Origin: an uncultured Alphaproteobacteria bacterium
GTDB lineage: Bacteria; Pseudomonadota; Alphaproteobacteria; Rs-D84
Assembly: GCA_944392815.1 (NCBI GenBank)
Contig: CALXXY010000006.1
Location: 1 to 34,711 of the forward strand
DNA length: 34,711 nt
Reading direction: 5' to 3'
A program made the position numbers and the translations under genes. This document shows, one piece after another, positions 28,055 to 34,711 of the stretch (the stretch's first letter is position 1; each line of letters begins with the position of its first letter). The notes under the pieces are model-generated. The model made no database searches, was not told the DNA's origin, and saw only the letters and a list, made by a program, of their open reading frames with translations.

Positions 28055-28087
28055 TTATCTTATAATAATTATAACTTTTTTGTTCAT
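28055..28087 (-). CDS. ileS leader peptide MNKKVIIIIR
   Basis: ATG AAC AAA AAA GTT ATA ATT ATT ATA AGA TAA: four tandem Ile codons immediately upstream of an antiterminator/terminator and ileS. Confidence 0.8.
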   Translation of the reverse strand: MNKKVIIIIR

Positions 28088-28098
28088 CTGTTTATTTC

Positions 28099-28174
28099 TG
28101 GTGCCGGTTATAGGACTTGAACCTACGACCCCCTCATTACGAATGAGATGCTCTACCAGCTGAGCTAAACCGGC
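28099..28174 (-). tRNA. tRNA-Thr(CGT)
   Basis: GCCGGTTTAGCTCAGCTGGTAGAGCATCTCATTCGTAATGAGGGGGTCGTAGGTTCAAGTCCTATAACCGGCACCA: full 76-nt cloverleaf with encoded CCA. Confidence 0.97.
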
Positions 28175-28288
28175 GCACGCGCATATATTAATATATGTTT
28201 TTGCGGATTTCCAGTACTAAATTGATACGAAATCAGTCCTGTTAAATTTTATCGCAATGCGCGGTAAAATATGCGCGTGGTTATATAT

Positions 28289-28690
28289 ATGTCTGAAATT
28301 GTCTGAAATTTTATCGAATTATTGGTTGGTGGGGGTAAAACTGGCATTGGCCACGGCGGTCATATTTTTAAAAATGTTCAATATGAACAGCCAACAAAAA
28401 CAATTAACCCCGATAAGCGTCGTATTAAATTTCTTGTTAAGTGCTATTTTATCCAGTTTTATTTTGGACAGTGAATTTACCATCATGGACTTTTTTGTCA
28501 TAAGGCGACGAAAATTATTCTGTTGTGTTAATAGATAATGGTGTGGTGGATACAGCCGCCCTGGAAAAGATTGGCAAAACAGAATTGTGGTTAATGGCAC
28601 AATTGCACGCACAAAAAATCCGTGATCCTGAAAATGTATTCATCGCGCAATACCATAACGGTAAAATGCAGGTTATAAAAAGAAATAAAA
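28289..28690 (+). pseudogene. DUF421/YetF-family membrane protein pseudogene
   Basis: N-terminal part (QLTPISVVLNFLLSAILSSFI) and C-terminal part (GDENYSVVLIDNG...LEKIGK.E.WL..QL...VFIAQY.NG) are in different frames with the middle missing; a 10-bp tandem duplication GTCTGAAATT follows the ATG. Confidence 0.7.
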
Positions 28691-28716
28691 AACACCGGTA
28701 TTTGCCGGTGTTTTTT
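28687..28716. terminator. Bidirectional terminator (yetF remnant / mnmG)
   Basis: AAAAAACACCGGTA-TT-TGCCGGTGTTTTTT. Confidence 0.85.
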
Positions 28717-28721
28717 ATACT

Positions 28722-30371
28722 TTAATTACCGCATTTTATTTTGCGTAAAACAACCATTATGCCGGCCGGCGTCATACCCGGAATGCGCCCCAGGTCGGCA
28801 ATATTTTCCGGCCGCGTGGCGGTTAATTTTTCCACCAGTTCATTGGTCAGTCCCGGCAAACCCCGGTATTCAAAATGCGTCGGGATTTTTAATTCAGCGT
28901 CACGCCGATATGCCGCAATTTCCCGTTCGTTGCGCTGGATATACCCGGCATAGAATTTATCATTTTCGCGAATTTTATCTGCACGATATGCATATTTTTC
29001 GTCACGCGCAGTTGCACTGATTAACCCGCAATCCACCGCCATATCACCCAACCGCGCAATCGCATTATCCGCGCGCAGGCGTAATCGATATTCCGCGCGT
29101 GATGTAAACATGCGATACGGTTCGTCCACCCCCAGCGTTGTAATATCATCAATTAAAACACCAATCATGGCGTTTGTTCTGTCCAGTTGCAGGGGCGCGC
29201 ACCCCAACGCGCGCGCCGCGGCATTTGCGCCCGCAACAATGCCCTGGGCGGCGGCTTCTTCGTACCCAGATGTGCCGTTAATTTGCCCGGCAAAAAATAA
29301 TCCTGGAATATCTTTGGCCTCCAGTGTATCACGCAACGCGCGTGCATCAATTGCATCATATTCAATCGCATATCCATATCGCACAACACGCGCGTTTTCC
29401 AATCCTGGGATAGTGCGAATCCATGCGTCCTGGATATCTGCGCTGAAACTGGTGGAAATGCCGTTGGGATAAATTAAATCGCTGTGCAACCCCTCGTGTT
29501 CCAGAAAAACATGGTGCGACGTGTGTTCAGGAAAACGCATAACCTTGTCTTCTATGCTGGGGCAATACCGCGGGCCAGTACCACGAATATCCCCATTATA
29601 CATTGGTGCGGCCGATATATTTTCACGTATTAAATCATGTGTTTTTTGCGTCGTGTGCGTTATATAACATACCGCGTCATAGTTATTATCTGGATTTGGT
29701 GCACTGAACCAATCGTGGGGCGCGTCGCCCGGTTGCACTTCGCACACAGAATAATCTATGGACGATTTATCAATACGTGCCGGCGTACCCGTTTTCAGGC
29801 GCATGATTTTAAATCCAGCCGCCACCAACGCCCCAGATATATTCGTATCCGCCGCCTGGTATTCCCCATTATCCATAATGCGCCCAGACGGAATTTTTTC
29901 TGCACCACGCGTCACCAAACCGTGCAAAAATGTTCCCGTGGTCAATACTATTGCGCGCGCGGCATATTTGCTGTTGATGCACATTTGCGCGACGTCCAGC
30001 GATTTTACCATTTCAAATTGCACGGTTAAATTTGGATAGTCATGCAAAATTTTGACAATTTCATTATGGTATAATTCGCGGTCAATTTGTGCGCGCAGTG
30101 CCTGGGTTGCCGCACCATGCGACGCGTTTAATGTACGGAAATGAATCCCGGCGGCGTCCGCCGCGCGACCCATAATTCCGCCCATGGCGTCGATTTCGGC
30201 AACCATTTGTGATTTGCCCGGCCCCCCAATACTTGGGTTGCATGACATCGCCCCCAGGTCAGATTCGCGTTGGGTTATCAATAATGTTCGCGCGCCACGC
30301 CGCGCAGATGCACATGCGGCCTCGACCCCGGCGTGTCCGCCACCAATAACGATTACGTCAAAATTTTTCAT
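28722..30371 (-). CDS. mnmG: tRNA uridine-5-carboxymethylaminomethyl(34) synthesis enzyme MnmG (GidA)
   Basis: [69 protein letters not shown]. Confidence 0.97.
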   Translation of the reverse strand: MKNFDVIVIGGGHAGVEAACASARRGARTLLITQRESDLGAMSCNPSIGGPGKSQMVAEIDAMGGIMGRAADAAGIHFRTLNASHGAATQALRAQIDRELYHNEIVKILHDYPNLTVQFEMVKSLDVAQMCINSKYAARAIVLTTGTFLHGLVTRGAEKIPSGRIMDNGEYQAADTNISGALVAAGFKIMRLKTGTPARIDKSSIDYSVCEVQPGDAPHDWFSAPNPDNNYDAVCYITHTTQKTHDLIRENISAAPMYNGDIRGTGPRYCPSIEDKVMRFPEHTSHHVFLEHEGLHSDLIYPNGISTSFSADIQDAWIRTIPGLENARVVRYGYAIEYDAIDARALRDTLEAKDIPGLFFAGQINGTSGYEEAAAQGIVAGANAAARALGCAPLQLDRTNAMIGVLIDDITTLGVDEPYRMFTSRAEYRLRLRADNAIARLGDMAVDCGLISATARDEKYAYRADKIRENDKFYAGYIQRNEREIAAYRRDAELKIPTHFEYRGLPGLTNELVEKLTATRPENIADLGRIPGMTPAGIMVVLRKIKCGN

Positions 30372-30374
30372 TTA

Positions 30375-31103
30375 TTAAAAACGTCCCATACCGCCGTTAA
30401 TGTGTAATACCTGGCCATTGATATACGACGCTTCGTCGGACGCCAAAAATACACATGCCGCCGCAATATCGGCCGGTTCGCCAAAGCGTCCCGCTGGAAT
30501 CTGGGCCAGATATGTTTGTTTTAAATCGTCAGACAAAACATCAGTCATCGGTGTTTTAATAAATCCAGGTGCAATGCAGTTTGCTGTGATACCGCGGGAT
30601 CCAACCTCGGCTGCGATGGATTTTGTCATTGCAATCATACCGCCCTTGGACGCGGCATAGTTTGCCTGACCCGGTCCACCAATTGCGCCGATAATGGACG
30701 CCATGTTAATAATACGCCCGCTGCGTTGTTTCATCATGGGCATAATAACCGCGCGACACATTTTAAAACAAGACCGCAGATTTGTGTTAATAACATCATC
30801 AAACTGGTCATCGGTCATACGCATTAACAAAGTATCTTTGGTAATACCGGCATTGTTTACAACGATGTCAATTTTGCCGGCTGTATCAATTGTGGATTGT
30901 ACTAAATCAATGGCACCACCGTCAGACGCCAAATCAACAGGAATTTTGATATAAGAATTATCAAATTGCGCGTCCAGTTTATCCATACTGCGCCCAGACA
31001 CAACAACCGTTGCTCCGGCCTGTTTCATTTGCTTTGCAATTGCGCCACCGATACCACCGGTCGCGCCAGTAATTAATGCAACTTTGCCTGTTAAATCAAA
31101 CAT
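30375..31103 (-). CDS. fabG: 3-oxoacyl-ACP reductase
   Basis: TGATGGIG, NNAGITKD, YAASK; adjacent to fabD. Confidence 0.96.
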   Translation of the reverse strand: MFDLTGKVALITGATGGIGGAIAKQMKQAGATVVVSGRSMDKLDAQFDNSYIKIPVDLASDGGAIDLVQSTIDTAGKIDIVVNNAGITKDTLLMRMTDDQFDDVINTNLRSCFKMCRAVIMPMMKQRSGRIINMASIIGAIGGPGQANYAASKGGMIAMTKSIAAEVGSRGITANCIAPGFIKTPMTDVLSDDLKQTYLAQIPAGRFGEPADIAAACVFLASDEASYINGQVLHINGGMGRF

Positions 31104-31104
31104 T

Positions 31105-31980
31105 TTATATCTCCAATTTTTTTGCGTTCATATCCGGACAAATACGTGGGGTCAACCCAGTCAATACCGCGCCGGGGCCAACCTCGATTGTTTCAGTAAT
31201 TCCCAATTCGTGCATTTTTAACACAGATTCGCGCCAATGCACACCATGTGTGACCTGGTATATTAATGCTTCTTTGATTTCGGCTGGGGCAGTCATGGGC
31301 GCGGCCGTTTTGTTGGAAATCAAAATCGCATTCGGTGTTTTGATTTCGATTTTTTCCAACGCTTCGCGCATGTCAATCGCCGCGGGCGCCTGAATCCGGC
31401 AATGCACGGGCACAGACAACGCCAACGGCATAGCGCGTTTTGCGCCCGCCGCTTTGGCCAGTTCCAATGTTTTTTCGACGATATCGCGTGCACCGGAAAC
31501 AACAACCTGACCCGGGGAATTATCATTTGCCACATCGCAATCAGTTTGTGCGCAAATTTCACGTACCGTGTCAATATCCAAACCCAAAATCACGGCGGTC
31601 AATCCAGCCCCAACCGGCACAGCGCGCTGCATAGCGTCCCCGCGCAGACGCAGCAATCGGGCCGTATCTGCAATTGATAACGCGCCGGCCGCACACAGTG
31701 CTGTATATTCACCCAAACTGTGCCCCGCGACGTATTTCGTCAATTCAATTCCCGACGCGCGCAACATGGCAATCGACACAGCCATAATTGCGGGCTGAAC
31801 ATTTGTGGTTAATGTTAATTCGTCCATCGGACCGTTAAAAATTATATCCGACAATTTTTGATTTAACGCATCGTCAACCTCGTCAAACACGGCGCGTGCG
31901 TCTGGATTTGTATCATACAATTCGCGTCCCATACCCACGGTTTGCGATCCCTGCCCCGGGAAAACCAGTATAGATGACAT
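31105..31980 (-). CDS. fabD: Malonyl-CoA-ACP transacylase
   Basis: FPGQGSQ, QPAI, GHSLGEY, EVGPG.VL.GL. Confidence 0.96.
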   Translation of the reverse strand: MSSILVFPGQGSQTVGMGRELYDTNPDARAVFDEVDDALNQKLSDIIFNGPMDELTLTTNVQPAIMAVSIAMLRASGIELTKYVAGHSLGEYTALCAAGALSIADTARLLRLRGDAMQRAVPVGAGLTAVILGLDIDTVREICAQTDCDVANDNSPGQVVVSGARDIVEKTLELAKAAGAKRAMPLALSVPVHCRIQAPAAIDMREALEKIEIKTPNAILISNKTAAPMTAPAEIKEALIYQVTHGVHWRESVLKMHELGITETIEVGPGAVLTGLTPRICPDMNAKKLEI

Positions 31981-32006
31981 ACATACTCCTTTTTATAATC
32001 GGGATA

Positions 32007-32035
32007 ATTATAGAATTGAAAGCCCTAATTCGCAA
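32007..32035 (-). promoter_or_regulatory. sigma70-type promoter for fabD-fabG-mnmG
   Basis: TTGCGA-17 bp-TATAAT on the minus strand, followed by AAGGAG RBS. Confidence 0.65.
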
Positions 32036-32038
32036 ATA

Positions 32039-32608
32039 TTATCTGATGGGTACGATTTTTTTAATATTTGCGGATTTTTCCGTGTCGCGACGCATAGAAA
32101 ATTCGCACCCACAGTATTTTTGCCTGTAAAAATCAGACGCACGATTTATCTCGCACCGCAACCCCTCGTCCCATTTAATGGGAATGTATTGGTCAGACAA
32201 AGCGGAATACCCTGCCCTGTCTACTTGGGATTGGTCTTTGTGGCGCGACACACCAAACACAGATGTCACAGCATCATACCCATGTTCAGCAGCCCACCGG
32301 CGGGCATATTCGAAACGAAATTTAAAACACGCGCTGCACCGCGGACCGCGTTCGGGGGCTTCCTCCATTCCGCGCACAGCGTCGCGCCATGCCGCATGGT
32401 CATATTCGCCAATCGCGTATTTCGCGCCCAATTGTTCACAGTACCGTATTTGTTCCGCCAATCGTTTATCATATTCTGCGGCCGGAAAAATATTAGGGTT
32501 AAAAAACAACACAATAAAATCATCAACCCCGGGTATTTGCCCGTCGGCCAGTTGTTTTATCGCGCCCGCGCTGCACGGCGCACAGCAAGACATTAAAACC
32601 AGTTTCAT
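32039..32608 (-). CDS. queH: Epoxyqueuosine reductase QueH (DUF208)
   Basis: CCAPC, FFNPNI.P..EY..R, E.G.RC..CF..R, S..K, YRQ.YCGC.FS. Confidence 0.92.
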   Translation of the reverse strand: MKLVLMSCCAPCSAGAIKQLADGQIPGVDDFIVLFFNPNIFPAAEYDKRLAEQIRYCEQLGAKYAIGEYDHAAWRDAVRGMEEAPERGPRCSACFKFRFEYARRWAAEHGYDAVTSVFGVSRHKDQSQVDRAGYSALSDQYIPIKWDEGLRCEINRASDFYRQKYCGCEFSMRRDTEKSANIKKIVPIR

Positions 32609-34611
32609 TTGTTATTATAAACAGTTCCAATTTGCGCGTCGTCTGGCAATTCGATAATGTTTTTATCATCGTCGCCCACGCCAATTTCCACGCCACTGCA
32701 CATCATGCCATACGATTCCACCCCCGCCACAGTGCGTTGGGAAATCGGTTTTTTTTGCCCGGGCAACACGGTGCCCACAGGTGCCAAAACACCAATCATA
32801 CCATCGTGCACATTTGGCGCACCACACACAATTTGCAAATCATGATGTTCGCCATCATCAACGGTCAGAATATGCAAATCATCGCGCGTCGGGTGATTTT
32901 TTACAGCCACAATTTTTGCGATAATTGGCTTTGGCGTGTCATCAGATTTTGGTGCATACTGCGCCGTCAGTTTCGCAACAGTTTCATCATCTATGCGCGA
33001 AAACAGATTTTCTGGCACAACAAATTTTGCGCCGTCCACGACGCGTGGCGCATATTCGTCTGGCCACGACAAATCCAAATCAGAATCCACGAACACAGCG
33101 CGCATTTTTTCGGCCGCCCCCGGTATAAACGGCGCAGACACACGCGCATACAAATCAATTAATTGAAAACATTGATTTAACACCGCGCCGGCCGCGTCCA
33201 TGTCACCATTTTTCACCAATGTCCACGGTTCACGCACAGTCATATATTCGTTGCCAATCGCATACAGCCCGCGCAGCGCGACGATTGCCGCGCGAAATTC
33301 GCACGCGTCCAGCGCGTCTGTTAATTCACGAATTTTTTCGTTTATTTGTTTTTCTAACGCCGCATCACGCACACCCGCGGCCGGCACAGTATCGCCAAAG
33401 TTTTTGTTTGTTAATTTGCAAACGCGTGATACAAAATTCCCCAACATACCGTTCAGGTCTTTGTTCACAACATCTGCAAAACGTTCAAACGTAAAATTAG
33501 TATCGTCTGTTTCTGGGGCCGACGCCATTAATGCATAACGCCACGCGTCCGCCGGCGCGATGGAAATGGCATCGGATAAAAACACGCCACGATGTTGCGA
33601 TTTAGAAAACTTGCCACCTTCGAAATTCAGGAAATTCATGGATTTCAGCATATCAACAGTTTTCCAACCGTCATTCACGGCCAACTGCTGTTCCGGGAAA
33701 AATACAGCGTGGAATTTCACATTGTCTTTGCCCATGAATTGCGCATAATAACAATCATCATTTTTCCACCAAGACGCCCAATCATCAGTTGCTGCCTGGG
33801 AAATAGAAACGTATCCCCACGGCGCGTCAAACCAAACATAGAACACTTTGTTTTCATATCCAGGTTTGTTAACCGGAATTCCCCACGGTAAATCGCGTGT
33901 GATTGATGTATCGCGCAATTCATCATTTGCCCAGCCCTGGGCAATGGCGGCGGCGGTGTGTGACCATTTTGGTGCGTGTGATTTTAACCATTCGCGCCAG
34001 CTGTCCTGGACACGTGACGCCAAAAAGAATAAATTTTTTGTTGGCCGCATTTCGATATTTGTACTGCCCGATATAACACTGCGTGGATTGATTAATTCAG
34101 ACGCGTCATACGTTGCACTGCATTTGTCACATTGGTCACCGCGGGCCCGGTCATATCCGCATTTGGGACAAGTGCCCTCGATTTGTCGGTCGGCCAAAAA
34201 CATATTGTCATCGACTGAAAACGGTTGCAGTGTTTCGCGTTCGTCGATTAATCCCAATGTGTCCAGACGTGTAAATAAATCCTGAACCAATTTTTCCTGT
34301 AATTGGGTATGAGTGCGTCCATATAAATCAAAAGACAATTCGAAATCATTCACCGCCCGCAAATGTTTTTCATAATATTTATTATTGTATTCCAACACGG
34401 GCATATTTTCTTTCATCGCACCAACAACAGCGGTCGCACCATGTTCGTCCGCGCCACAGATGTATAATACATCGCGCCCACGTGCACGGCAAAAACGTGC
34501 ATATATATCAGACGGCAACCAACACCCCACCAAATGTCCCAGGTGTAAATCACCATTCACATATGGCAAAGCAGACGTAATTAAATATTTTTGTTTTTTG
34601 TCGGCAGTCAT
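32605..34611 (-). CDS. metG: Methionine-tRNA ligase with C-terminal OB-fold tRNA-binding domain
   Basis: LITSALPYVNG..HLGH, GADEHG, CPKC...GDQCDKC knuckle, YVWFDAP, GKDN, KFSKS. Confidence 0.97.
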   Translation of the reverse strand: MTADKKQKYLITSALPYVNGDLHLGHLVGCWLPSDIYARFCRARGRDVLYICGADEHGATAVVGAMKENMPVLEYNNKYYEKHLRAVNDFELSFDLYGRTHTQLQEKLVQDLFTRLDTLGLIDERETLQPFSVDDNMFLADRQIEGTCPKCGYDRARGDQCDKCSATYDASELINPRSVISGSTNIEMRPTKNLFFLASRVQDSWREWLKSHAPKWSHTAAAIAQGWANDELRDTSITRDLPWGIPVNKPGYENKVFYVWFDAPWGYVSISQAATDDWASWWKNDDCYYAQFMGKDNVKFHAVFFPEQQLAVNDGWKTVDMLKSMNFLNFEGGKFSKSQHRGVFLSDAISIAPADAWRYALMASAPETDDTNFTFERFADVVNKDLNGMLGNFVSRVCKLTNKNFGDTVPAAGVRDAALEKQINEKIRELTDALDACEFRAAIVALRGLYAIGNEYMTVREPWTLVKNGDMDAAGAVLNQCFQLIDLYARVSAPFIPGAAEKMRAVFVDSDLDLSWPDEYAPRVVDGAKFVVPENLFSRIDDETVAKLTAQYAPKSDDTPKPIIAKIVAVKNHPTRDDLHILTVDDGEHHDLQIVCGAPNVHDGMIGVLAPVGTVLPGQKKPISQRTVAGVESYGMMCSGVEIGVGDDDKNIIELPDDAQIGTVYNNK

Positions 34612-34626
34612 TTTATACCCTTTGTT

Positions 34627-34657
34627 AAAAATATATGGGCGCCCAACGGGGCGCCCA
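34627..34657 (-). terminator. Attenuator-like terminator upstream of metG
   Basis: TGGGCGCCC-CGTT-GGGCGCCCA-TATATTTTT on the minus strand, ending 15 nt before the metG start. Confidence 0.7.
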
Positions 34658-34686
34658 GGAATCCCGTCAGAATGATTTTATCAAGA

Positions 34687-34707
34687 TTAATTGTACATTC
34701 GTATCAT
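34687..34707 (-). CDS. Putative metG leader peptide MIRMYN (may extend beyond the window)
   Basis: ATG ATA CGA ATG TAC AAT TAA; the stop lies 29 nt before the terminator hairpin, the same spacing as in the ileS leader. Confidence 0.55.
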   Translation of the reverse strand: MIRMYN

Positions 34708-34711
34708 TTTT

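Noticed and set aside
28319-28612. 97-aa minus-strand ORF beside tRNA-Thr
   Set aside because: Antisense to the DUF421 remnant; no motif or RBS.

Overview
Mostly housekeeping chromosome of what looks like a small-genome, host-associated alphaproteobacterium (inferred from the tRNA-fMet signature, rpmI-rplT-pheS-pheT order, scattered virB genes, type-2 IleRS and 8-stranded OMP paralogues). The left ~830 bp is the right end of an element integrated at tRNA-fMet: a truncated serine resolvase, res-like and arm-like repeats, and a displaced tRNA 3' half. Next come an ABC-F ATPase, a lipocalin-like lipoprotein, an isolated virB3-virB4-HExxH gene trio, a DnaA-box-like repeat array (candidate oriC, 6320-6550), an unannotated zinc-free rpmJ, a zincin-like protein, sufD-like, ychF, a long mreC-mreD-mrdA-rodA-topA-dnaG operon, rpmI-rplT-pheS-pheT, two convergent OMP paralogues (one behind an unexplained ~180-nt structured RNA), nth, ileS, tRNA-Thr(CGT), a yetF/DUF421 pseudogene, mnmG, fabG, fabD, queH and metG. 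The most interesting signal is non-coding. All three aminoacyl-tRNA synthetase loci have attenuator-like leaders: an Ile-rich leader peptide (MNKKVIIIIR) before ileS, a Met-containing leader peptide before metG, and a four-segment attenuator before pheS that may use the C-terminus of rplT as its leader peptide. All calls are by eye; no database search or RNA folding was run.
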